Origin: Gordius albopunctatus
Taxonomy: Eukaryota
Direction: 5' to 3'
DNA: 64,000 nucleotides
Assembly (NCBI GenBank): GCA_964276515.1
Contig: OZ193909.1
Span: forward strand, 2,666,001 to 2,730,000
Part shown: positions 22,301 to 34,972 of the stretch, one piece after another
Layout of the letters: every line of letters begins with the position of its first letter
Position numbering within the stretch: the stretch's first letter is position 1
Position numbers and translations under genes: made by a program
Notes under the pieces: generated by a model
The model's input: only the letters and a program-made list of their open reading frames with translations
Database searches by the model: none
What the model was told of the DNA's origin: nothing

Positions 22301-24849
22301 ACGCAATCTAAGAAGTTTTTATTACCGATTTTTAGCCAGCTTTACATAAAATGATTTAAATTTTATGTACAAACTATTACAAATCTCGATTTACAGACCC
22401 CTCTTCCTCCCTACCAAAACTACCAATTAGTCGTTTATTTAGTATTTTGCTTGGTCGATCTAAAGTAAAATTTTACCAACTTTTCGAGCAACGGGCTCAG
22501 CAAGATCAGAGCCACCGTAGTCAGGGTCTTACCCAGACCCATATCGTCCGCCAAAATGCCTCCCGTCCCAGTTCCATGCTCCAGTTCGGTTCCTAATGCA
22601 CCTTCGCTGCTCCGAGCTAACGCTTCTCGCTGGGCCATCCAACTAACAGCTGTTACTTGATGGTCCATGAGGGGAAGGGCAAAAATTTTGGAAGCCTGGG
22701 CCCGTACTTGTGTATGGTAAAGGTCCTGGTGGCTAGAATTTTCTTGCGCGAGCGCAGCTTTATGCAGAAGTGACAAAGTATCGTTCACGGCTTGTATCGT
22801 ATTGGTCTTTTTAACGGTGTAACTACTGCCTTGCGAAACACAGTTTTCGGGGGCTCGCCAATCTTCTACCATCCTTAAACGTGTACAAAAAATTTCAGTT
22901 GAAACTAAAGTTGACATCTTACAGCATTTTTCTTTACTTTCGCACCGCTCTCTGACTCACCTCCCGCACACTATTGGGAGAGAGAATAAGATGATCAATC
23001 ACGGCTTTTGAAAGAGAACGCTCCTTTTCTCTACTTAATAAATAGGAAGAAAGAGCGTTCTCTATCAAAAAAGCTATGATTGATCACCTTTTTTCTGTCC
23101 CACTAATAGACTAGCTAGCTAGATAGGCTGCTCATTGGCGCACAAAATGTGTACCCTTTTTCCACTATTTTGATGATAAAATAATAGTTAGAGCAGTGAT
23201 TATATAGATATTAATTAGTATCATCCTCCCACAAAAAAAATCAATGCAAAAATCTTAAAAATTATGTTTTGCCCGCCCACTAATTGAACTTTTAACGTTT
23301 CGCCTTCCCCCCCCCTAATCCAAAACCTGGCTACGGCCATGATTTGTATTTTTGTAAATTAAAGAATCTTAAAAGGGTAAATAAAAAAATATTGAATTGG
23401 GTAGATATCAAAAACGGCATTCTAAAATAAATATCATTTACACAATACGTAAAAATTAAAAAGGTAAAAACTGTGATGAAAGTTTGTTCGTTCAAATTTA
23501 AAAACTAGAGAGGAAGGTAAATTGGCTGTTATAGCGCAAAATGACATGGTTGAACTACAGCAGTTGTTGTCTTCAAACTGGATGAAAATTTGACATATGG
23601 CATGAGCAGTCTATGTGCAAGGAGTTAAGACATGAAAAATAATGAAAAATGCAGTAAATTGTTTTATCAAAAATCATTGATTATGGAATTTTGCATGTAA
23701 AATTTTTAAATTCTTTAATTTTTTTGCTAGTATAAGGGACACTTAGGATATGCCCTTAAAGGCAACTTAAATTTGTAGGTTAATTAGGTTAGGTTTGATT
23801 AAAATTTAAAATGTGCATTATTTTTTAAAAATCTATATTATATAAACTTACTTTGAGGGAGGTAGTGAAAATTCGGAGCACCAACCATTGCCATTTAAAT
23901 TGGCATCGGCTTTTTGATAATTATACAGGTTTTTAATCTTTTTTTGCTGTTCTAATAAGTCAGCTAGCATTTGTCTCAATTTTGAACCTCCATCTGGGAG
24001 TTTGGATGATAGAGTAGCTATACTAAAATGTGTTTGTCTAATCTTGGAAGCTAATTCCTCTAATTTCTTTTCTAATTCAACTTTTGTCAAAGAGTTTTGA
24101 ATTGGTATTTCTGATAGCTCCGCATCATGGGATTTATAAGAGTCAACCTCATTGTCTTCAGAATTAAATGAAGAAATTGGGGATTTTTTAAATTCTGCTA
24201 CAATTTCAAGAGATATGTCAGAATCCAGAGCAGCTTTTATTTCTTTTAGCATCTCATTTTGTTGTATATTTGGAGATTCTATGGAGTCACAACTATTTAC
24301 AGCAATGGGTGATTGTATTAAATCAAATTTCGATTTATTGTAAATGCTTTCTGGAGAATGCCCTAATTGTGATAAAGCTGAGGGATTCTTAGAATCAGAT
24401 AAATTTTGTTTTTGGCACTGCCTAGAAAGTTTATTTGATATTGACACTTCTTCTAATTGTAAAGGAAGGGTTTCAGAAAGATTTAATTTTGAAAATGATT
24501 CCTCAAATTGATGATCAACTTCAATTTCTGATTCTGATGAAGATATTAAAACTAACTTAATATTTCTATTAGAATTGGACTTGCTTTTGTGCAATTTGTC
24601 TGTTGAGATTGAATGCAATGTAGGAGTGGATTGAGATATAGTTTTATTGATTTTATGAAGAAAAAGATCTGAAGAATTTTGGTAGTTCTTACATTTGATT
24701 TTTTGAGTTGATTTGTCATAACCTTCATAATAATTTATACTCTTTGTGTCATCCTCATCTGATGTTTGAAGAGGGTCCATCTTGGTTCTATTATATGGAA
24801 GCTTTATATTTAAATCCTCTTCGTCACTAGATGAGACAAGTTGAAACAT
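13367..24849 (-). CDS. TTF2: SNF2-family helicase, transcription termination factor 2 / lodestar-like. Exons 24849-23852, 22873-22477, ~16365-16160 (acceptor uncertain), 15597-14958, 14371-14035, 13955-13367
   Basis: Motifs GGILADDMGLGKT, TLIICPASLIYQW, VVLDEGH, LTGTPVHNNLKDL, LRRTK, LRMRQCCCHP, SLTAGGVGLNLVGANH and [21 protein letters not shown]. An LPDGGSKL motif upstream of the ATPase and the absence of a RING finger favour TTF2 over Rad5/HLTF. Confidence 0.88.
16580..19200 (-). mobile_element. Decayed CRE-clade-like non-LTR retrotransposon (RT plus restriction-like endonuclease), internally deleted
   Basis: The N-terminal Cys/His motif ...HGHP..C lies near 18900-18985. RT motifs VRPIA, FANAFNNISR, GIQQG.PLFCL, WYLDD and LGSPIG are present. 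LPTKAGG is fused directly to RPDGSTLIPWQQNGVPLKWDFTCI at ~17075, indicating a deletion. There are several frameshifts and the ends are approximate. Confidence 0.8.
19239..20285 (-). mobile_element. 3' part of a second CRE-like LINE with poly(A) tail
   Basis: ORFs 19579-20139 and 19318-19545 give WLEAYP, LRLG, CQNC..HPLHC..RH and RPDGSSLVPWQNG..WDFTCID. On the minus strand AATAAA (19259-19264) precedes an A11 tail (19239-19249). The 5' boundary is uncertain. Confidence 0.8.
20286..21970 (-). mobile_element. RT/RNase H retroelement of DIRS/hepadnavirus-like (HEART-like) type, disrupted, with an inverted deleted copy
   Basis: The minus frame from 21595 reads PPVRL, AKIDLKAAFFSIPL, LPMGASFSPFVLQ, YLDD, KYLGLILD, YADAS, HITATE and VTDST, then after a frameshift WIASSSNPAYLPSR and an acidic tail to TGA at 20319-20321. 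There is a premature TGA at 21419-21421. Confidence 0.8.
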
Positions 24850-27039
24850 TTCGCCAAGCTATTAGGATAAAAGGCTATTTAATTTTCACTAAAATTTATC
24901 ACTTAGAAATAATTAATTTGATATTATATAGAAGATGAGGAAATAGGTAGGCAGATCCAAACAAGGTTTAAATACAAAAAAAATGCTAATAATTAATAAA
25001 TTACACCTTATGCTAACTTATTTGAATTTTTTGGCAAATTTTAAATGTTCGACATTTGGTTACAAACAGAACAGAAAAAGCTCTGTTCGGTTATGCTATA
25101 ACTAAAATAAAACAGCAACTTATATAATATAATATATCAATAAAATTTATCTAATACTACAGTTGCCTAATATCTGACGCATGACTCTTGTTAGCTATTG
25201 ATGAATCTGTTGATCAGTTTTTTATTTATTTATTTTATTCTCGTTTATTGTATAATTTATATCGTGGCCTAATAAACGAAGGATCCCCTAATTAAAAATT
25301 TAAAAAATTATGATTGAGAAAAATTCAATATTTTTGTCGACTAAACATAAACAGACCAAATATTTTTAGTCTGTTTTTCCTAGTCCACCTCTAGGCTTTG
25401 TCGAAATTTGAAAAACAGACCAGAGTCGATCCTTAGTTTTAGTTTAACTAAAGGTCGCCCAAACCTTCAAGCTTGATCGGGCGGGGTCTACGTAATCCAC
25501 GACAGATATAAAAATTGTATGAAGTAATACTTAGGCCATTTATTAATTGGTGTGCAATTTATGAGCTTGTTTTTAGTTGTCCGTCCTGTCCAACTTGTAT
25601 TCAATAATTGTTGTGGCCTATTATACAAAATTTTAATGGATGTGGTCTTATGCTTCGGTAAAAGACATTTATATTGTTTTCGCATATAAACTTGCTGATG
25701 ACAGCAGGTTGGCTTAAATTTTATCCACCACGCCAGAGCCCAAATTTCCTTTTTGGATTTATTTTGGCAATTTGTCTAGGTTGTTGCTTTATAAAGAATA
25801 ATTGCGAAACTGGCTAAATAATTCCCTGCAAATTGATGCTGCCTATTTTCTGTCATATTTTAGGTTTTCGATCTTTTACTTTCGTTTCTTTCGATTAATA
25901 TAATTTACTAAGTGACTCAAACTATCCCAAACTTATTATTGCGCACCCCCCTAAATCCAATCCTGGCTACGACGGGACTAGTTTGAAATTAATGAGTCTT
26001 ATCAACAAAGATTCTAATGTCATAATTTTAAATTAAAACTTACTTCCATTTGTCTCTATTTTTTCTATTCTCCATATTATAATATAAGAGAGTAGGCCTT
26101 TGAATTGCATAAAATTTTAAATAGAGCATCATTTGTTTCAGAAGCAGAGATGAGTGGCGATGAGATATAAAAAGAAATTATACGAAATTTGAATTATTTG
26201 TGCAGCATCATTAAAATATAAATAAAGAGCAGGAAAAAGGGACACTTATGTTAAGGAACAAGTTAAAATTTAGACGGCCTTTAAGTAAAAAATCGCAAAA
26301 AGTTTTAATTAAAATAAATATGTTCATTATTCTATTTTAATCCTCTTGGTTCTATTACCTTCCTATGTTTCTGAATTTAAGTATACTATTTTTCTTACAA
26401 GGGTCTAGCCATGATTTGTATATGTTATCGTTAAATAAATAATTAATAACTTACCTGTATAGTGTTTCGATCTCGTCATGTCTCAGTCTCGAAAATCTCG
26501 GGTGTGATTGATGATCTCAATCTCATATCGACGAAAATTCTCAACTTTAAATTGTTTTATTAATAAATTTTCTCCTGATTAATTAAAACTATTATAAAGT
26601 GTTAAATTTTAAAAGATCAAAAATGACAAACCATTTTATGGTTAAAATACTTTAATAAACGAACTGGATAAAGATTTATTTCGACATGTCATTGACAATA
26701 TGAACCAACCAATAAAAATAGCATTTTCTATAGAGGGCAAATTAATAAAAACTATAAATAAACTTAAAATATAGATAACTAAACTTTTTAGTTATGGCCA
26801 TAGGCCTAGCCAGCATGGGAATGAGAGGGAGGCAATAATAATCAGGGGGGGGCAAAATTATCATTTTATGAAATTTAAGTCATAATTTTAATAAATTTCA
26901 ACCAATTTTTTGATTCAGAGGGGGGCAGCCGCCCCTCTCTGCCACCCTTTAGCTACGCCCTTGGTTTTGGCATATTATAACATTTGTATCAAATTTTGTG
27001 ACTGTAAAATATAAATCGACTTAAAATTTTTTATATTAA

Positions 27040-28920
27040 CACTAATCCAACTCCATTGGACCGACGAATAGAAATGGCGAAATTCTTAAAAAATGGTGCG
27101 CCAAAGAAAAATTTATGGTTTCTTCAACCTTCACCGATCTCCCCCTTGACAGTCTAATTACCTACCAAAAAAACTAAAAACATCGCGGTACCCAAATAGA
27201 CCATATCTTATGCCAATTAAAACACCACAGAATTATCAAAAACTTTCGCACCATCCAACCGATCATAAAGACGGACAACTTCGTCATTGGGGCTGACATT
27301 TTTATCACCCCAGCCGCCCTCCACTTCTTTAAAAATATTCAAAACTACCCAACTAGCTCACGTTTAATAAAAACACTGCTCAGCTAGCCACTAGACTTCA
27401 AACAGACTTTAAGTTTCTTGGCAACTTAGATACTCTCCCGATCAACGAGCATAACAACTTATTAACAAAGTTTTTAACCCCCAGGCACGATAAACAATTA
27501 CACATCAATACCAAATCCTGGTTCTCCGAAACAATCACTCTACTAGAATCCCGTTACAATGCCTTCTAAGACGAAACTCTTAAGTGTAAAAAACTTTGCA
27601 TTAAGACACTTACGAATAAGATAAAAGCCAGCATCAAGAAATACAAGACAAATTTCATCTCTAACAAATTAAATGACGCCGAACAAGCTGCGCGTTCTAA
27701 CAACACCCATTCCCTATATAAAGTATTAAAAACTCTAACCACAGAATTCTCCAATAAACACAACTATCACACGTTACAAACAATAATTGCAATCCCAACG
27801 ACTCCTTGAATTAAACTAAGGTATGGGAAGAACATTTTCGCTCAATCCTCACCATACCAATTCCATTTCCCATATCTTATATATACTTACATTTTATCAA
27901 TAACTTAAAATGCCCTCCCACCTCTGATATTAAGGATGATCCACCGACCTTAGGCGAAATAATCTCCGCAGTAAAATCTCTCAAACTGCATAAAGCCCCA
28001 GACGGATATGAAATTTAATCTTTCTTCCAAACTCCTACACTCTCTCTTCTCCAAAATCTGGATTCAGGACTCCATCCCCCAATCATGGTCCACAGGCCAG
28101 CTTAGCAAGATCTACAAAATAGGAGATCCTTCTATCCCTGACAATTATAGAAGGATCACAAAAATAAATAACCTATCTAAAATCTTAATAAAAATCATAT
28201 ATAGACGGATTTACCCCTATATCGACAATAACCTAAAGACCAATCAGGCGGGTTTTCGTAAGTCCAAAACAACAATTGTACACATTCAAACCCTCAAGAA
28301 CCTAATCGACATTTCTTCTAAAGCAAAAATACCTCTAATCCTTACCTTTGTTGACATCCATAAATCTTTCGACTCACTCTCTCACCTCTACATATGTGAA
28401 TCCTTATGCCTTATGGGTATCCCCAAAGAAATTATTAGACTCATCTTCTACCTCTATAAAAACATGAAAGTGGTCATCAGACATCTGCACCACCGCTCCA
28501 ACCCTATCTCATTCGATTCTGGAGTTAGGCAGGGGTGCCCACTCTCACCTCTTCTATTCATCACTGCCGTGTACCTCATAATAAAAAGATCGACGCTTCC
28601 ATTTGACGGTATCAACCTAGGTTACCAAATAATATCTTCCCTCTTATTCGCAGGCGATCTATGCATAGTCTCCGATTCGATCTCCAGAACTCAGAACTTC
28701 ATAGACAGGTTCACCTCGGAGACCCAGAAAGCGGGTCTGATGATCAACCCTAACAAATCAAATATACTTTCATTCAATGTACCATTGCAATTAAAACCCG
28801 TTCTCATTGATAATACTCAAGTCCCAACCTGAGATTTAGTTAAATATCTAGGAGTAACTCTCTCCCCTGACACACACTCCCTTCTAGACATCTCTAATAA
28901 AATAAATAAAGTCCTAAAAA
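27040..28920 (+). mobile_element. Decayed APE-type LINE (endonuclease remnant plus RT), related to the LINE at 57257-58497
   Basis: Endonuclease C-terminal remnant GTQIDHILC at ~27187. RT motifs NYRRI, QAGFRK, FVDIHKSFDSL, GVRQGCPLSPLLF and LLFAGD. It is truncated at the junction with the gypsy element. Confidence 0.8.
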
Positions 28921-28923
28921 AAT

Positions 28924-31900
28924 TTGCAGGTTCCAAACTCCCCTTGCCTACTAGATATACCAAAACCCCTTACTCTAATAAGCAGTCCCACCCCCTCAAG
29001 GTCCCTGTCAAACCCAATAACAAGCCTTACTGTGGATAGCAAGCCCTCCTCGGTATGTTTGCCTTTAAAAGTAAGGGAAGCAAGGAATGAGTTATTAAGA
29101 AATGGAATTACGATAAAGGAAATTGTGGGGAAGATTAGGGAGAATAAAACAGAAAAGGATTTAAACAGTATTAAGGAAGATAATTACGTAAATGGAATTA
29201 AAATGTTTTTTGAAGGCTTGACACAAAGTAGCCGTCCCGTAACTAAATTAAAAGTAGACAATAAGATAATTGAATGGTTAGGGGACAGTGGAGCTACCAT
29301 ATCGATAATAAGTAAAACAAAATTCATGTCGGCATGGCCTAACCGGAAATGGGATAACACAGATATTAGGGCTAGGCAGGTAGACGGGGGCGAAATAGAA
29401 ATACTGGGAAAAATTAAGGCTGTGGTAGAGGTGGGAAGTAAAAAGTTAATATTGCCCTTGTATATTACGTCGGTTGAGATTAGACCAATTTTAGGGTGGG
29501 AATGGCTTAAGGTGATAGGGCCGTTGAACAATTGGTTCGGCTTGTGTAAGAAAATCTAATGTAGTGGACCACAGGAAATGGGTGAAAAGGATTTTGGCGG
29601 AGCAGGTAGTAATCCCTTAAGGATGCCATGTATGGCTTGGGCTCTAAAGTCTACCTCTCCCGGGGCCGAAATAGACGGACTATCGGTAGTAAAGACGGAG
29701 TCGGGGGATAAACCGACATCTTCTACCGACACTCGTAATCTTATGGGTGGCGATGCAGTCCGTTCCCTGAGTGGTTGGTCAGAAAGTCTACAGCGGATGT
29801 TGGAAGGGTTCACGTCTATCTTTATAGACGAGCTGGGATGTCTAAGGGGATACGAGTATGACAGCCTACTCAAGCCAGGCGCGGTACCAAGGTTTTGGCC
29901 AGCGCGAAGGATACCATTTGTTTGGCGGGAGAAACTGGAAGCCATCTTGCTACAATGGGTAGAGCAAGGAATAATCGAGCCGGTGGAATATAGCGAATGG
30001 GCTACGCCACTAGTACCAGTCAAAAAGCCCGACGGCACCTTGCGCCTTTGCGCGGACTACAGGGTTTCTCTTAACCCGTGGGTAGTAGAAATAAAGTATC
30101 CCCTACCAAGAATCGAAGAAATTTTCGCAAATCTCAAGGGTGCAAAATATTTTAGTTAGCTGGACTTTGCTAACGCGTACCTCCAAATCAAGTTAAATAA
30201 CCGCTCGTCTAAGTTGACCACAATAAACACATCCTTTGGCTTGTTCGCGTTTAAAAGACTGCCTTTCGGTCTCAGCCTAAGTGCGCCCGTGTTTCAGAAG
30301 ACCATGGCGTCAATATTTCAAGGTCTGTCTGGTGTGTTTTACTACTTAGACGACGTTCTGGTAGTGGGAGCTACAATGAATGAGCACGACAATAACTTGT
30401 TGGCAGTGTTAAAACGCATACAGGAACGAGGTTTACGGGTACAGCGTAATAAATGCGCTATAGGAGTGACAGAACTAAAATATTTGGGGCATCAATTGGG
30501 TGATGGAGTCGTTCGTCCCTTACAAAGCAAGGTGGATGCGATCCTTAAGATGCGACCACCTCAAAATAAGAAAGAGACGCTATCCTTTCTGGGATCGGTG
30601 AATTACTACAACAGGTTCATGCCTCAAATTGCGGGGATAGCGGCACCTTTGTACTTGTTGACAACGGACAAGGTAAGATTTGTATGGCGGACCGAAGAGC
30701 AGGAAGCGTTCGATGCGTTAAAGAAGATGTTAACGGAAGGCCCTGTGCTGACATGCTTTGTTCCCGATCTACCGTTAGCTGTAGCGGTGGATGCGTCTCA
30801 GCTAGGTGTAGGCGGTGTGCTGTTGCATGTAATTGGTCAGGAGGAACACCCAATCTTATACTTTTCACGAAAATTTTCCAAAGCAGAACGTAATTACTCG
30901 GTGATAGAAAAGGAAGCTTTGGCGGTGGTAGTTAGTTTGACCCGTTGCCGTGAATACTTGATTGGTCGAAGTTTCGATATTTTTACCGACCATAAACCGC
31001 TGGTATCACTTTTTGCAAAGGACAATAGGGATCTGTTGTTAAGTCCGAGGCTGCAAAAATGGTTATTAGCGCTGGGAAATTTCAATGCAACATTAAAATA
31101 CCGCAAAGGTAAGTCAAATCATTTGCCAGACACATTATCAAGATTGGGAAACGATAATGATGGCCTAACATGCGAAGAGTTAGAAGGTGAAAACTTCGCA
31201 GAAATAAACGTAATAACACAAAATTGCGGTGACGTCGACCTTGCAAAACTAACCCAAGAGGATCCGAACTTAGTTTTGGTGTTAAATTACTTGACGGGAA
31301 AGGGTACGCTAGAAACGGTACCATCTACTTATCAAGGCTTGATAAATGAACTGGAGGTCAACAACAACTTGTTACTACGCCACGAAAACGTAGTAGTTCC
31401 GTCGGTGTTGCGACCGCAAGTGCTCGAATTACTTCATGCAGGTCATACGGGCAGAGTCAAGATGATAGGTCTAGCGAAAAGACACGTCTGGTGGCCCAAG
31501 ATATCGCGGGATATTAACCTGTTTGTGGGACAATGCGGGCAATGCGAAAAACTTGCCAGGACGCCGAGACACGACAGGAGGGCGAGATGGCCGTCAACGA
31601 AAGAGGTTTGGGAAAGAATACACCTGGACTTTTTTGAATTGGAAAGAAAACGGTATATTATACTCGTAGATGCGCACTCTAGTTGGGTAGAATATAAGCA
31701 AGTGAGCAAGTTGTCTACGGGTGTAGTGCTAGAATTCTTAAAAGATCTTGCAGGAGCTTATGGTATACCGAAGACGATGGTATCCGACAACGTCACTGCT
31801 TTTACCAGCGTCGAATTCAAGGAATTTTGTAGTAAATGGGGTATACAGCATTTACTTACACCTCCGTATCATCCGAGTACGAATGGACTCGCGGAAAGGC

Positions 31901-33428
31901 ACGTGGCTGTGGTGAAACGATGGTTGAAGAACGCTAAGGTCGAAAAGGACGGGACTTGGCTTTATCGACTTTACCACAACGTCGCACCAAGGGTTCCTTT
32001 TCGACATCCGGTTAGCGAGATGTTTCTGGGCCGTTTGCCACACACGCCTGTTGATACGATGTTACAATCAGCGCAATCGGACACCAGATCACAGGGCGAT
32101 TCTAAATTCAAAATCGGTGATGCGGTGTGGGCGCGTAATTATATTGGTAAAGAGAAATGGTTAGAGGCTAAGATCCTATCTCCGAAAGGTACGAAAATGT
32201 ACGAGATAGAGGTTCTAGCTTCTCCGGGTAAACACGTGCGACACGTGGAGCAGTTACGCGCTAGATCGATATAATAATCTTTTGATATTTTATCTAGATG
32301 GAATACCGTACCGAATGGGTGGTCGTAGAAGTGCGTTTGAGAGCGGTAGCCCACGGACAAAGGGGGAGGCCGAGACCTGTCGTGTTCGAGGTCAGAGAGA
32401 GGCGGCATATGGAACCCTACATTAGCGTGCGGCACGAGGACACTCGCACGGATGAAGGGGCGTCGGGTCGGCACGGACGGGCAACTCTTCACGAGGCAGC
32501 TAGACCTCATTCGGGCGGGCAGAGTGACGCGGTACACAGACACCGTGGCCAGCCCCGGGGTTTAGCTAGACGGGTTGACCTGCGGCGGCAGCAAAGTGTG
32601 GCCCCACCCGCGGTCCGAAATATACCGACCCGAGGTACATCGATTCGCCAGGGACGTCCTGAAGCACGGACGGGGGAAAGAAGGAGACCGTCGCAGGGTC
32701 CGCAGGAAGGACGGCCGGCAGCACCAAGAAGCTGGCACCGTTTGCCAAGGTGTAGACGAGGGATCCCGTCCAGACCGGCAAGGGAAGAAAGGACGGTGGA
32801 GCCGGTAGAAACCTTGACGACGGTGGAGCCGGTACATGTGGAAGGGGTTACGATGGACACCAGCCAGGTCGTGGTCAACCCGGAGGAAGAATTGATATTA
32901 TTAGGAAATACGCCCGGGCGTGACAGCACGGACCTGGTGGTCCCTCATTTTGAAGGGATGAGGTGTTAGGATCAATAACCTTTTCCATGCGTGTATTATT
33001 ATGATAACTACCATTTTGTTTATAATGTAACGAATAGACAAAGTAGCTGGTTGTATAATGGCATGTTTTGCATATCACCTTATCTTTTCTATTTTGTATA
33101 ACCTGACATACCGCGTGATGTATCAGAAAAATTTGAATATATTATATTAAAAACGTTGTTGTTTTGAATATTGAAAAACGGAATATATATTATATTTCGC
33201 GACATACACTGAATAAACCAATAAAGCCCTCAAGGATTTAATACCATGTTTTGCATATCACCTTATCTTTTCTATTTTGTATAACCTGACATACCGCGTG
33301 ATGTATCAAAAAAATTTGAATATATTATATTAAAAACGTTGTTGTTTGGAATATTGAAAAACGGAAGATATATTATATTTCGCGACATACACTGAATAAA
33401 CCAATAAAGCCCTCAAGGATTTAATACA
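28924..33428 (+). mobile_element. 5'-truncated Ty3/gypsy LTR retrotransposon: pol (PR-RT-RH-IN) with two in-frame stops, an extra 3' ORF and the 3' LTR
   Basis: ORFs 28924-29559, 29578-30159 and 30214-32274 share one frame (stops at 29557 and 30157). Motifs: DSGA protease, LRLCADYR, YLDD, DAS..GVGGVL, TDHKPL, HAGHTG..CGQC and PPYHPSTNGLAER. The purine tract gaagggatgagg precedes TG at 32964. Confidence 0.93.
32964..33428 (+). repeat. 3' LTR of the gypsy element, containing an internal 183-bp tandem duplication
   Basis: Starts TGTTAGG right after the purine tract and ends ...TAATACA. Segment 33062-33244 is repeated at 33245-33427, and each unit has AATAAA. Confidence 0.8.
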
Positions 33429-33509
33429 ACTATAGAGCCGACGAGCTTGGGAAAGCCAAGAAGGAAAAACAATCAAAATCTCAGTTAAAAGTCTAAGGGG
33501 GAGAGAGAC

Positions 33510-33775
33510 CTTCGGGAAAAATGAGTATGGGTAATTTCCTCGGGTCAGACACGTGTTCCTTCATTTTGTCAAAGACAGCTCTCCTATCTTGCGTCTTCGA
33601 GCGCTCGAACCAAACGTGGCTCGTGGAGCGGCTGAGGATGCGCTGGAGAAAACCAAAAAATCCGCCGTGCCTTTGGCCCACCATGGCGTAGCAATTGTCG
33701 CAGGATAACATCACCACGTCTATGGGTGAAGTATGATTCGCTACGCATATACCACCGGGTTGAGCTGGATTATTC
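33510..33775 (-). pseudogene. Isolated duplicate of GPAT exon 9 (NHTSPID...FPEG)
   Basis: Near-identical to 38709-38974 including both splice sites. It lies downstream of the GPAT stop codon without the neighbouring exons. Confidence 0.85.
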
Positions 33776-33937
33776 CTAAAGCAAACGTTTTAAATTAAAA
33801 GGGTGGAGTTTTTCGTGTATAATGATTTCGGCCCAAAAACAATTAGTTAAGTTGAGTAAGCAACTTTTATAGGGAGTCAGTATCGTTGTAATAAAAATGG
33901 TTTTTGTGGCAACATTTATGTAAAGGTTTTTTAATAT

Positions 33938-34972
33938 AAGCTTATGACACGGTTCCCCGCGACTTAATATGGTGGTGCATGAGAAAACAAAATATCCCGG
34001 ACGCATATATACGGCTTATGAAAAATATTTATGAAGCTTCAAACTCTTGCGTTAGGACGAGACAGTTGGAGACTCTAAACCTTTTCGGGTTAATATTGGA
34101 TTACATCAAGGCTCTGCTTTAAGTCCCTTTTTATTTAATATAATTATAGACACGATAAGGAGGGACATTCAAACGCCATCGCCATGGTGTACGCTATATG
34201 CCGATGATATAGTACTATGCGAGGAAACAAGGGAGAAAGTATTCGAAGAAGCCGAAAAATGGTCAAAGCGCTTAACTGGATATGGTTTAAAGGTAAACGA
34301 TAGAAAAACGGTATACATGGAAATGAACGGTACAGGCACCCCATCGCTGGATGACCATCTAAAGTACCCAAAAGTAGACAGGTTCACATACCTCGTCTCG
34401 ATGCTACATCAAGAGGGAGGTTGCACAACAGAAGTCAATGCCCGGATCCAAAAAGGATGGCTTAAATGGCGAAGTATATCCGGTGTAATGTGCGACAAGA
34501 AAATGCCAATATGGTTGAAGAGCAAAGCTTACAAATCCATCGTAAGACCGGTGTTACTCTATGGAAGCGAGACATGGGCATTAAACACCACGGAAAGAAA
34601 GCTATTACAAGCCACAGATATGAGAATGATACGGTGGAGTTTGGGGTATACTAAGCTCGACCATATGATGAATGACTTTCTCATGACAAAAATGGGTATT
34701 CAAACTATGGCGGACATGATTAACGAAAATCGGCTAAGGTGATATGGCTAAGAAGGGATACGGATGACGTAAATAGAAAATTACTGGACATGGAGATACC
34801 GGGGAAGAGAGGAAGAGGACGACCCCGTGTCACGTGGAAAGGGCAAGTCGATAAAGTTATGGAAACTAAAGAGATTCGTCAAGACATGGCACTCACCCGG
34901 TCAAGATGGAAGAAACTTATCAAAACAAACCCCACCAATGTGGGACCAAATAACTGATAAAGAAGAAGAAGA
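33938..34972 (+). mobile_element. 5'-truncated RTE LINE (duplicate of 39137-40082)
   Basis: KAYDTVPR, GLHQGSALSPFLF, YADDIVL, YKSIVRPVLLYGSETW and GKRGRGRPR, with a (GAA)n tail and frameshifts. Confidence 0.9.

Noticed and set aside
29557..30159. Programmed readthrough in gypsy pol
   Set aside because: The TAG at 30157 replaces a conserved residue inside RT (YFS*LD), which indicates mutational inactivation.
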